Below, piece after piece: positions 40,558-49,980 of a DNA stretch of 64,000 nucleotides. The notes beneath the pieces are model-generated. The model ran no database searches. It was given only the letters and a program-made list of their open reading frames with translations, and was not told where the DNA came from. A program made the position numbers and the translations under genes. The DNA is from a virus. The stretch is from IMG/VR virus record IMGVR_UViG_3300010316_000005, positions 111,737 to 175,736 of that record; one strand, written 5' to 3'. Position 1 is the first letter of the stretch. Each line of letters starts with the position of its first letter.

Positions 40558-41244
40558 ATGAGCATGAAAGTCTATGAAACAAAAAACGATGACATCGATG
40601 AGGGCCCGTTAGATCTACTTACAAAATCAGGTAGAGAACAAAGAGGTGCATTTAAATCTGGAAAAAAGACATTAAAGGCAACTGCTGCTAATTTAATGAA
40701 AGAGTTTGCTTATTATCTCGGTCAAAGAGGCAAAAAAAGCTACAATCAGGCATCTACTCAGGATGTAGTTGATTTCCTTAAAACAAAGCGTGCAAAAACT
40801 GATGACATCAATACAAATATGCCAATGGACAAAGACAGAATAGCTCAAATTTTTAATGACAAAGCGCAAGCAGCAATGAGGGGCGGCGATGCTCAAGGGG
40901 CAAAAGAACCTGCGTTCAAGAGTCAACAAAATCAGCCTAATCCTTCATTTAAGAGTCAACGTGGCGGTGATAGTAACTCTAATTCGCAAGGCAGTGGAGG
41001 CAATCCGCAATTCAAGTCAAAACGAAAAGATCCAGTGAAAAAATTAAAGTTACCTAGTCAAGTTGTGTCAGGAATTCAAGGCCTTACAAGTCAGCAAAAG
41101 CTTCAACTTGGTCAAGCACTTGTAAAGAAGTATGGCGGGGACAGTCAACAGGTGAAAGCTAAAGCTAAACCAAATACCATTGTAGATAAAAACTTTGACA
41201 AGAATCAAAAACTTTCTTCGTTTGGAAAAGTTGGAGGCGCATAA
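40558..41244 (+). CDS. Hypothetical late protein (possible internal head protein)
   Basis: GATAAATA at 40530-40537 and AAGGA SD favour a start at 40558 or 40564. K/Q-rich, with three PxFKS repeats. Confidence 0.55.
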   Translation: MSMKVYETKNDDIDEGPLDLLTKSGREQRGAFKSGKKTLKATAANLMKEFAYYLGQRGKKSYNQASTQDVVDFLKTKRAKTDDINTNMPMDKDRIAQIFNDKAQAAMRGGDAQGAKEPAFKSQQNQPNPSFKSQRGGDSNSNSQGSGGNPQFKSKRKDPVKKLKLPSQVVSGIQGLTSQQKLQLGQALVKKYGGDSQQVKAKAKPNTIVDKNFDKNQKLSSFGKVGGA

Positions 41245-41247
41245 CGC

Positions 41248-41475
41248 TTAGAAAAATGGAAGTCCTGACTTCTTTGTCGTTTCTAAGTTGCCTTCAACAA
41301 TTTTTGACATAATTTCTCTGTCTTCGGAGCATGTAGCAAACCCTTCATCTAGGGTTAGCCCGCCTCTCATGTACCAACACAACTTCATTATGTTTTGTTT
41401 AATCTGTTTGACTTCGTTGTCTAGGTTTTTCACTTCTTTAAGGATCTGATCGTGAGGCAAACTCAAGATCCTCAT
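41248..41475 (-). CDS. Small baseplate-hub/tail assembly protein (gp51-like); probable -1 frameshift extension of the upstream gene
   Basis: KLCWYMRGGLT..E motif. Overlaps the gp26-like stop (ATGA) in the -1 frame directly after a slippery run. Confidence 0.6.
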   Translation of the reverse strand: MRILSLPHDQILKEVKNLDNEVKQIKQNIMKLCWYMRGGLTLDEGFATCSEDREIMSKIVEGNLETTKKSGLPFF

Positions 41476-42335
41476 CCGAAAAAATTTGATTGGTCAAACG
41501 TAATTGGAATATCATAAGATTTAGGAACGCCTGCTTCGATTTCTTCTTTAGTCGATTTAACTTTAAGCGGCTGAATAGTAAATTTATCTTTTTCAGCTTC
41601 GATGTGGTCAAGTACTTTCTTAAAAAAGTCTTTGTCACTGTTGTCAACAAACTCTTTGATATGATTCTGATCAGTAACACTAAATTCGTCAGTTTCGATT
41701 CTTAAAATGCTATGCTCGAGGGTTTCAATAGTCAAATCAGTTAGCTTTTTAAAGCTGTCATTAAACGTAACTAGCTTTTCTTCTTCACTGAGGTTAACGT
41801 TGTTTAGTGTTTTGAATATTTTTTGTTCTTCGTAGGTCTTTAGAGTAGTCTTAGTAAACTCTTGGTATGTTAATGGTTTAATAAAAACTTTAAATTCGTC
41901 TATTTGAACTTGATTGTTGTAGTTTACTGTGCTTAATTGGTCTAACATGCCACTCAAATTTAATTCATATGACTTTTTCTCCTTGGTAACAGGAGTTTCA
42001 AGTTCAATATCCATTGTTTCGCCGTATGTAGCAAGTCTAATAGCAATTAATATTACATCAAGGTCAATAACTGGAATTTGCCAAGCATCTTTGATGTTTG
42101 GCATACAACTTTGAATAACTTCAACTGTGGTTTCGCCATTGACCAGAGCATCAGGAGTTTTCATCATGATTTCATCACGCGCAGTCATTGGATAAACGGG
42201 GAATACCCCGTTTTCAGTCTTGTCCAATGCACCTTGTGGGTAAAAATTACCCTTGCTAGGCAAAGGAATGTATATCTTTGGTTGTCTGAAATATTTTTTT
42301 AATGGATTTGGTGTTCCAGATTGCATCTCATTCAT
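41472..42335 (-). CDS. gp26: Baseplate hub assembly protein, gp26-like
   Basis: LPSKG.FY...V.PMTARDE...DLDVILIAIRLATYGE motifs, ending NFFG. Start at ATG 42335 with AGGAG SD. Confidence 0.75.
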   Translation of the reverse strand: MNEMQSGTPNPLKKYFRQPKIYIPLPSKGNFYPQGALDKTENGVFPVYPMTARDEIMMKTPDALVNGETTVEVIQSCMPNIKDAWQIPVIDLDVILIAIRLATYGETMDIELETPVTKEKKSYELNLSGMLDQLSTVNYNNQVQIDEFKVFIKPLTYQEFTKTTLKTYEEQKIFKTLNNVNLSEEEKLVTFNDSFKKLTDLTIETLEHSILRIETDEFSVTDQNHIKEFVDNSDKDFFKKVLDHIEAEKDKFTIQPLKVKSTKEEIEAGVPKSYDIPITFDQSNFFG

Positions 42336-42411
42336 TTTTTTACTCCTGCTAAATACTATAATAGTATGTATCATATATATTTATATACGCAGATAATTAG
42401 GAAATACTAAA

Positions 42412-45400
42412 TTGGCAGATGATGTAAACATTCAGAACGTAGGCGGCGACAATGGCGTAGCCAGTGAGGTCACGCTTGAACGTCTAGTGAAGTCTATTGA
42501 GAAATTAGCCAAGAATAGCGGCCTTGATCCAAAAGCCGAAGCTGCTAAGGTTCAAAAAGAACACACCAAAGCGGTTAACAGTGATATCGAAGTTGTTAGA
42601 GAGTCTACTAAGGAGCAAAAAGAGTATACCGACGCTGTAAAGGCGAGTACAAGGGCGCTAGGAAGCCTTGCAAAAGGTCTTATTGGAATGGCTGCTAGTA
42701 CATTAGGTGCCTTAACTGGCAGTATGTCAGGTGTCATCAAAGAACTTAATGCAGGATCACGTGCATTAACTGACTACGTACAACATCTACCAATAGCCGG
42801 CGAGCAATTGTCACAATTAACAGGTGTAATTGATAGTTCCTTTGATGCATTCCAGTCAATGGCCAAAGCCGGTGGTGCATTTAACTATAGTTTAACTGAT
42901 ATGAGAATAGCAGCCAAGCAAGCTGGCATGGACTTGATGGAATATAGTTCATTCATCAATCAAAATTCTGATATAATGGCTTCATTTGGCGGAACAGTTA
43001 CAAAAGGTGCTAAACAAATTAGTCAAATGACTAGCACAATGGCAGATGACACTCGAGAACAGTTAATTGCTATGGGGTTGACTGTTGAAGAAGTTACAGA
43101 ACAAATGGCATACTATCAAACCCTTGATAGAGCAGGCGCTAGAACTAGATTATTTGACGCACAACAGCAAGCCGAAGCAGCAGCCGGACTTACTAAAAAT
43201 ATGTTAACTTTATCTAAGCTAACTGGTAAAGATGTCCAAAGTATGCAAGATAAATTAGCTGCAAACCAAGCTGATGTTGCTTTTCAGATGAAAATTGCTA
43301 AAATGGAAGACGAAGAACGTCAAAAATTCCAAAAAGGACTCAACGAGGCTCAAGAATTATATGGCGATGCTGGTGCATTGTTCTATAAACAGCAAGTATT
43401 AGGAATGCCGGCTCTAACTAGAGAAACTCAGATGCTAGTTGCTACTATGCCCGGTATGGCTGCACAACTTTCTAACATGGCTACTACTGCCGGGGATGCT
43501 AATGTAACACTGCAACAGTTCGAAGCTGCTAAAATAGACAGAATGGTCAAAGGAATAGCAGCGGCAGCAGAAGCAGCCGGAGGAATGGAGCATCTTCTTG
43601 ATGCATCAGCAGCTGGGTTGGACGGAGAAATTGGAATCATTTCGGATGTTCTTAACGGCATGGGAATACAATTTACCAAATATATCAAAACAGTTAATGG
43701 AGTTACAACATTTGAAGAAGATAAACTACGTGAGGACATTATTGCAGCACAACAACAACCAGATTCTAATAAACCTGCTAATGAATTAATTACTTCAATG
43801 GCAGAGTCTCGAGATGCATTCTATGACGCCGCAGTAGCACTAGAAAAGGATGTGATTTCACCTTTAATTGATACCGCAGGCCCTCTAGTTAAAGAATTTG
43901 CTAGCTTGGCAGGCGAATTTACCGAGTCTGCCGTGTTTGACGACTTCTTTGAAGGTGTTAGAACTACAATTGAAAAGTTTCGACCAATGATTGCTGATTT
44001 TATCGAAGCATTCAAGCATGATCCTAAACAAGCTGTTGTTGATATGTTCTCAAACATAACTGATGCTATGTTAGATGTATTGCTAGGTCCAAATACTAAA
44101 ACAATCAATACTCCATCTGGGCCACAAGAAGTTGATATAGAGCGCGAAGGCGGATTAGTTTATAAAATGTGGGATGCAGTTGCGCCAGCAATGATAGAAG
44201 GTGTGAAATACATTTGGGAAAACACTTATTTGGTTGAAGCTATGGCAGCAGGAGTTGTTGCGTTATGGGCAGCACCAGCAGTTATTGGGGCACTTGCAAG
44301 TGCAATAACTGCTAGAATGGCAATGTCAGCACTTGATCTACCAGGCGGCCGCCGAGGTGGCAAAGGTATGCTTGGCCGATTAATGTCAGGTACAGGAAAT
44401 ATGTTAAAAGGTGCGCCGGCAGCTGGAGGCAATCTGTTAAAGTCGCTTGCTCCTTTTGCTCGTATCGGTGCCGCACCGGTTGCAGGACTTACTGCCGCAT
44501 TAACACCGACTGAGATGGCAGATGGTACACTTACCGGTCCAATTGAAAAAGAAATGCGTATAGAAGGCATCACAGTTGAATCAATTGGTGGCATGGAGGC
44601 GTGGGCTGCTGAAGTTGAAGAGAGATTACAAATTAAGTTAAACGACATGTCTCAAATAGATCCAAACGTTGCTCATATAACTGGCGCTATGATTCCTGAA
44701 TTACAACAATTGTTTGATAATGTTAATCAATCATTGTCAGGAGTAAATGTATACTGGGGAAGAGAATGGAAAGGTCGTCAAGAAGACAGAGAAAAAATGG
44801 CCAATCTAATTAACAGTATTCAAAATTATGCTGAAAATGCCGAAGTTGATTTAGCAGACATACCAGAGTTTGCTCAAATTGTAGAAAAAATTAACACACC
44901 ACGCAAGTTTGATTCGAGCACTCTAAATGCTGCTGAAAAACTTATGGCAGATAAAAATCCAGATTTACTTGATCCAAGAAAATATCCTCAATATAATAAC
45001 GGCACACAAGGATTTGAAAACTTTGGCAACGGTACTTTAGCTATGCTGCACGGTATGGAAGCTGTTGTTCCGATAGACAGTCCACTCGGTAAAATGATAT
45101 CTGATTTAAATAGCTCTACTAATACAGTAAGCTTCAATCGAACTAATTCTGACATTGAGGAAATGATGAGTGGACTAAATCGTTCTGTTAACTCATTAAA
45201 CTTTAGTGAAGCTAATAGTAGCATCAGTAAAATGATGAGTGGTCTAAATCGGTCTGTTAACAAATTAGACTTTAGTGAAGCTAATAGTAGCATCAGTGAA
45301 ATGATGAGTGGCTTAAACGAGACTACTAAAAAATTAAACTTTAGTGAATTTGATGATACCAAAGAAGATACAAAAGTAATCCAAACAGAAAGCAAAGTTG

Positions 45401-45624
45401 ATTTAACTGGCTTGACATCTGTAGTAGAAGAGTTGAAATCTTCACTATCGAATACTATGTCTACTGCCAGTCAGGCGTCAAGTGAACAGGTGAAAGAGTT
45501 AAATACAACTATGCAACATATCTTAGCGATATTAACTCAACAAAAAGAACTTGATGTGAAGATTGAAAGAAATACAAGCGGTATAACAGGCAACATAGCA
45601 AGAGGGCGTGTCTCGAACATTTAA
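42412..45624 (+). CDS. Tape-measure-like protein
   Basis: 1070-aa A/G/M-rich helical protein with a hydrophobic segment and a C-terminal GT.GF..FG.GTLAMLHG.EAVVP motif. Divergent from the gp26-like chaperone gene. Confidence 0.65.
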   Translation: MADDVNIQNVGGDNGVASEVTLERLVKSIEKLAKNSGLDPKAEAAKVQKEHTKAVNSDIEVVRESTKEQKEYTDAVKASTRALGSLAKGLIGMAASTLGALTGSMSGVIKELNAGSRALTDYVQHLPIAGEQLSQLTGVIDSSFDAFQSMAKAGGAFNYSLTDMRIAAKQAGMDLMEYSSFINQNSDIMASFGGTVTKGAKQISQMTSTMADDTREQLIAMGLTVEEVTEQMAYYQTLDRAGARTRLFDAQQQAEAAAGLTKNMLTLSKLTGKDVQSMQDKLAANQADVAFQMKIAKMEDEERQKFQKGLNEAQELYGDAGALFYKQQVLGMPALTRETQMLVATMPGMAAQLSNMATTAGDANVTLQQFEAAKIDRMVKGIAAAAEAAGGMEHLLDASAAGLDGEIGIISDVLNGMGIQFTKYIKTVNGVTTFEEDKLREDIIAAQQQPDSNKPANELITSMAESRDAFYDAAVALEKDVISPLIDTAGPLVKEFASLAGEFTESAVFDDFFEGVRTTIEKFRPMIADFIEAFKHDPKQAVVDMFSNITDAMLDVLLGPNTKTINTPSGPQEVDIEREGGLVYKMWDAVAPAMIEGVKYIWENTYLVEAMAAGVVALWAAPAVIGALASAITARMAMSALDLPGGRRGGKGMLGRLMSGTGNMLKGAPAAGGNLLKSLAPFARIGAAPVAGLTAALTPTEMADGTLTGPIEKEMRIEGITVESIGGMEAWAAEVEERLQIKLNDMSQIDPNVAHITGAMIPELQQLFDNVNQSLSGVNVYWGREWKGRQEDREKMANLINSIQNYAENAEVDLADIPEFAQIVEKINTPRKFDSSTLNAAEKLMADKNPDLLDPRKYPQYNNGTQGFENFGNGTLAMLHGMEAVVPIDSPLGKMISDLNSSTNTVSFNRTNSDIEEMMSGLNRSVNSLNFSEANSSISKMMSGLNRSVNKLDFSEANSSISEMMSGLNETTKKLNFSEFDDTKEDTKVIQTESKVDLTGLTSVVEELKSSLSNTMSTASQASSEQVKELNTTMQHILAILTQQKELDVKIERNTSGITGNIARGRVSNI
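45130..45350 (+). repeat. In-frame 69-bp (23-aa) tandem repeat, ~3 copies
   Basis: ATGATGAGTGG recurs at 45163, 45232 and 45301. Unit MMSGLNRSVNxLxFSEANSSISx. Confidence 0.9.
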
Positions 45625-45638
45625 TAGGATAAACAGCC

Positions 45639-46187
45639 ATGTCATGGAAAAAATTTTATGTTTATCAATATATAAGAGAAGATGGTTCTCCGTTTTATAT
45701 TGGTAAAGGATCAAAGAATAGGATAAATGAAAGCCATTCTCCTTGGATACAGGTTCCTTCTGTTAAGTATAGAGAAATTATCAAAGACAACCTAACAGAG
45801 TTAGAAGCCTTTGACTTAGAACTTTTATTAATTAAAAAATACGGAAGACAAATAGATGGCGGCTTGTTAGAAAATAAAAAAATATCAAGATGGGTTGCGC
45901 AAGCAGGATGGACGCATTCAGACGAAGCAAAAGAAAAAATATCTAAAGCAAATTCTGGAAAAGTCAGAACAACAGAACAAAAGAAAAACTATAAGGGAAC
46001 TAAGTCAGTAGAACATGCTAATAAAGTTAAAAAAGCTGTTCAAGAATTATGGAATGATCCTGAATATAAGGCACAACGGCTAGCTAAAATTAAAGAAAAG
46101 CCGTTTGCTCATAAAGGAAAGCCTTGGAGTTCTTTAAGAAGAGAAGCACAAATGAAAAAACAAATTAATAAAGGGGCGTCGTTATGA
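45639..46187 (+). mobile_element. Free-standing GIY-YIG homing endonuclease with NUMOD3-like motif
   Basis: FYVYQY.REDG.PFYIGKG...R...E.EAF.LE..LI.KYGR catalytic domain and HSDEAKEKISKAN.GK NUMOD3-like motif. AT-rich, directly upstream of the portal gene. Confidence 0.85.
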
Positions 46188-47941
46188 GCTGGAAAAAGCA
46201 TTTCCAACCAGTGCCTACAGGAAATAACCCAAGCGGGAGTTATTCACCATTAAGCACAAGAACACACGGGACACAGCCTGGACCAGCTAAAGCTAACTAC
46301 TCTAGCTACCTTCCTGACGTCTATGTCGGAACTCCAAACAGAGTTGAGAGATACGGTCAGTATGACACAATGGACCTTGACTCAGAAGTTAACGCGGCTC
46401 TTGACATCCTTGCTGAGTTTTGTACTCAAAAGAATGAACAGAATGATACGCATTTCACATTAAACTTTAGAAACAAAGCGACTAATACTGAGATTACAGT
46501 TATTCAAAAGTATCTACAGCAATGGCAGAAACTACAAAACTTTGAAATAAGAATGTTTCGTATACTTAGAAACTGTTTCAAGTATGGTGATGAATTTTAT
46601 GTACGCGACCCAGAAACTAAAGAATGGTTTCATGTCGACGCTGCTAACGTAACAAAGATTATTGTAAACGAATCAGAAGGCAAGAAGCCGGAGCAATACG
46701 TTATCAAAAACTTTAACATCAACTTCGGAACCCAAGTAGCAACAACTCCTCAGCCAACAGCAGGCGGACAAGGCACTGCCGGAGCAAGCGGTACAGGTTA
46801 TTATACTGGCGGCGCACAAGGAATGGTCGGCGGCGCACAAGCCGGCGGCACTGGCAACAGATGGATGAATGAAGATAATGAAATTACTGTTGATGCTGAC
46901 AATGTCATTCACTTGAGTTTGTCAGAAGGATTAGACAACAACTTTCCGTTTGGTAACTCACTACTTGAAACAGTTTTCAAAGTGTATAAGCAAAAAGAAT
47001 TACTAGAAGATGCGATTATTATCTATCGTGTACAACGTGCGCCAGAACGTAGAGTGTTCTACGTTGACGTAGGCAACATGCCAAGCCACTTGGCAATGCA
47101 GTTTGTTGAAAGAGTCAAAACAGAGATTCACCAAAGAAGAATTCCTTCTTCGACAGGCGGAGGGCAGAATGTCATAGACAGTAGCTACAATCCGTTGTCA
47201 ATCAACGAAGACTATTTCTTCCCGCAAACAGCAGAAGGTAGAGGATCAAAAGTTGAAACACTACCAGGTGGCACTAACCTAGGTGAGATTGACGACCTTA
47301 GATATTTCACTAACAAACTAGTTCGTGGTCTTCGTATTCCGAGTTCATACCTTCCAACAGGTGCTGACGATTCAAACGCACAGTACAACGACGGACGTGT
47401 AGGTACTGCATACATCCAAGAGCTACGCTTTAACACCTACTGTGAACGCTTGCAAGGTCTCCTAGTAGGCCAGTTTGATACAGAGTTTAAGAGATACTTG
47501 CTAGAGAAAGGTGTCAACGTTGATACTAATATGTTCTCACTCAAGTTCCAGCCGCCGCAGAACTTTGCTGCTTACCGTCAGAGTGAAATTGACAACGCAA
47601 GAATTCCAACGTTTACACAGATGTCGGCTATTCCATATGTTTCAAATCGTTTTGCTATGAAGCGATTCTTAGGTATGACTGATGAAGAAATTGCTGAGAA
47701 TGAACGTCTGTGGAGAGAAGAAAATGATGAAAACCTATCTATGGAACAACCAGATGCTAGCGGAGAACTAAGAAGCGCAGGTATTAGTTCAGCAGGCCTT
47801 GAAGGCGACATGGGCGGAATGGAAGATGAAATAGAAGGTGGCGAACCACCTATTGACGGAACTGCCGCTGACGGTCCAGGTTCAGTAACAGATAGTGGAG
47901 GCGGCGCAACTACTCCACCACAAACTAACCAAACGATATAA
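46184..47941 (+). CDS. gp20: Portal protein, T4 gp20-like
   Basis: LLEDAIIIYRVQRAPERRVFYVDVGNMP, EDYFFP...GRGSKVETLPGG.NLGEIDD..YF..KL..GL.IP motifs. Confidence 0.95.
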   Translation: MSWKKHFQPVPTGNNPSGSYSPLSTRTHGTQPGPAKANYSSYLPDVYVGTPNRVERYGQYDTMDLDSEVNAALDILAEFCTQKNEQNDTHFTLNFRNKATNTEITVIQKYLQQWQKLQNFEIRMFRILRNCFKYGDEFYVRDPETKEWFHVDAANVTKIIVNESEGKKPEQYVIKNFNINFGTQVATTPQPTAGGQGTAGASGTGYYTGGAQGMVGGAQAGGTGNRWMNEDNEITVDADNVIHLSLSEGLDNNFPFGNSLLETVFKVYKQKELLEDAIIIYRVQRAPERRVFYVDVGNMPSHLAMQFVERVKTEIHQRRIPSSTGGGQNVIDSSYNPLSINEDYFFPQTAEGRGSKVETLPGGTNLGEIDDLRYFTNKLVRGLRIPSSYLPTGADDSNAQYNDGRVGTAYIQELRFNTYCERLQGLLVGQFDTEFKRYLLEKGVNVDTNMFSLKFQPPQNFAAYRQSEIDNARIPTFTQMSAIPYVSNRFAMKRFLGMTDEEIAENERLWREENDENLSMEQPDASGELRSAGISSAGLEGDMGGMEDEIEGGEPPIDGTAADGPGSVTDSGGGATTPPQTNQTI

Positions 47942-47949
47942 ATAACATT

Positions 47950-48198
47950 ATGCTACTACGTGAACTATTTTATTTTGACAGGGAAACATTAGAAACAACA
48001 GACGACGACTCATACGAGCCGGAGTATGATGATACACCTCTGGGCAAAGACGATACTAGAAAAACACGTTTGAAATTATTTCAAATAAACAGAATTAGAA
48101 AAGCATCAGACTTACACAACGGCGAAAAACAAAAAGAACTTGAATTTGTAAGACAGATGTACGGCGTGGCAGCTAATGCAGATACTGGCGGCTTATAA
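47950..48198 (+). CDS. Small head-cluster protein
   Basis: 82-aa ORF with TATAAATA (47937-47944) 5 nt upstream of the ATG. Confidence 0.65.
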   Translation: MLLRELFYFDRETLETTDDDSYEPEYDDTPLGKDDTRKTRLKLFQINRIRKASDLHNGEKQKELEFVRQMYGVAANADTGGL

Positions 48199-48205
48199 TT
48201 AACTA

Positions 48206-48805
48206 ATGACCAAGATTGCTTTTGTTCTCGGTAACGGTACTAGCAGAAAAGATATTGATCCGATTAAATTAAAAGACTTAGGAAAAGTATACGGGTGCAA
48301 TGCATTGTATAGAACTTTCTCACCTGACTACTTAATAGCTGTTGATGATAAAATGATTAGAGAGATTGCTAAATCTAAATATCAATTGTCTAATCAAGTT
48401 TGGACTAACGAAAATAAAAATTATAAAAATATTTCTAATCTACATTACTTTCGTCCTTCAAAAGGATGGAGCAGCGGTCCTACTGCTCTTTGGTTAGCCA
48501 GTCAGCACAAGTATCAACACATCTATATACTTGGATTTGATTATCAAGGGTTAAATGAAGGCACAACAGTTAATAATTTGTACGCCGATACTGACAATTA
48601 CAAATCTAGTCGAGCTACTGCTACCTATTACGGTAACTGGTTAAAGCAAACTAAAACAGTGTTTAAAGATAATCCAGAAATTAATTTTACAAGAGTAATA
48701 GAACCAGGCGGATTTATCCCAAAAGATTTGGTAAATATCAAGAACACGAGACATATTAAAATGGAAGAATTTTTAAACATTTTTCCTAAATTATACACGG
48801 ATTAG
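48206..48805 (+). CDS. Maf/MptE-like (DUF115, sialyltransferase-like fold) protein
   Basis: AFVLGNGTSR...YGCNALYR...PDYLIAVD...SSGPTAL..A......IYILGFD motif series. Confidence 0.6.
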   Translation: MTKIAFVLGNGTSRKDIDPIKLKDLGKVYGCNALYRTFSPDYLIAVDDKMIREIAKSKYQLSNQVWTNENKNYKNISNLHYFRPSKGWSSGPTALWLASQHKYQHIYILGFDYQGLNEGTTVNNLYADTDNYKSSRATATYYGNWLKQTKTVFKDNPEINFTRVIEPGGFIPKDLVNIKNTRHIKMEEFLNIFPKLYTD

Positions 48806-48916
48806 TAAAACGGTCAGTTTTGATACCGTTTACTGGTGGGTTTTCTATAATCATGTAAATATTTATTGACAGCCTTACACCAATGCGGTGCAATAGTATT
48901 TACAGGAGAAACCCCA

Positions 48917-49960
48917 ATGGCAGATCGTAGCAAGTTCGAAGAAATGCTAAAGCTTCTAATTAATGAAAACACAGAAGAAGCTAAAGAATTATTCCACGAT
49001 ATCGTGGTAGAGAAATCAAGAGATATTTATGAGTCACTTCTAAACGAAGAAGCAGAGGAAGATGACCTAGACGAAGCAGATGACGAAGATACTACAGAGT
49101 CAGATGACGACGATGTTAGTGAGTCATCTGATGACGATGAAGAAACAAACGAATCAGACGATGACCTAGAAGAAGGTTTTGACTTAGACGAGTTTGAAGT
49201 TGAAGCAGATCCAGCAATGGGTGGCGATCCAACTGACGACATGCTAGGCGACCTTGGCATGGACGACGGCGAGGAAGACGGCGACATGGATATGGACATG
49301 GACGACGAAGGTGAAGGCGATGTTGAAGATCGTGTTGAAGACCTAGAAGACGCACTAGAAGACCTAAAAGCTGAATTTGAAAAAATGATGTCAGGTGATG
49401 ACGGCGAAGACGACATGGATGACATGGGCGGCGACGACGAAGAAGATGGCGACATGGACTTCGGCGGCGACGACGAAGAGCCAGAAGAAGAAGCATATTC
49501 ATTTGAATCAGATGACGATGATGACGACAGCGACGACGAAGTTAAAGAAACAAAGAAATCACCAAAAAGCGCAAGCGAGCAAATGCGCGAGTATGTTGAA
49601 AAAGTAGGCGGTGACAAGTACGACTCATACGGTAAAATGGGCGACAACGGTACAAACACTAAGTCGCTTGTGGCAGGAAAGAATGATATGGGTGGTACAA
49701 CATCTAACATTCTTCGCACAGATACTGAAAATAGCGGTGAAGCAGGTAAGCCAGGTGGCAATATCAAAGGCTCAGCACTTTCAGATCAAAACCCGAAGGA
49801 CATGAATACTAAGAATATTAATGTTCCTGGTGGTAAAGCTGGTAAGACTGGATTTAAAAAGTCAGAGCCAGGACATGGCGCCGAAAAGAAAGGTAAGCCA
49901 GATACTGCTGACAAAGCTGCAACGAGCACACTTAACAAAGTAAGCACGAGAGCTAAGTAA
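48917..49960 (+). CDS. Highly acidic prohead core/scaffold-like protein
   Basis: D/E-rich central region, located between portal and prohead protease. ATG 48917 with AGGAG SD and TAAATA at 48856. Confidence 0.65.
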   Translation: MADRSKFEEMLKLLINENTEEAKELFHDIVVEKSRDIYESLLNEEAEEDDLDEADDEDTTESDDDDVSESSDDDEETNESDDDLEEGFDLDEFEVEADPAMGGDPTDDMLGDLGMDDGEEDGDMDMDMDDEGEGDVEDRVEDLEDALEDLKAEFEKMMSGDDGEDDMDDMGGDDEEDGDMDFGGDDEEPEEEAYSFESDDDDDDSDDEVKETKKSPKSASEQMREYVEKVGGDKYDSYGKMGDNGTNTKSLVAGKNDMGGTTSNILRTDTENSGEAGKPGGNIKGSALSDQNPKDMNTKNINVPGGKAGKTGFKKSEPGHGAEKKGKPDTADKAATSTLNKVSTRAK

Positions 49961-49980
49961 GCAAGATTGGGGTTATTGGA

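Noticed and set aside
48804-48834. Imperfect hairpin after the Maf-like gene as a terminator
   Set aside because: The stem is bulged and has no adjacent U tract, so it is too weak to call.
49027-49805. Long antisense and alternative-frame ORFs (e.g. the 246-aa Ser-rich one)
   Set aside because: Shadows of the GAY/GAR-rich acidic core gene. The same applies to the many 60-140-aa ORFs opposite the large structural genes.
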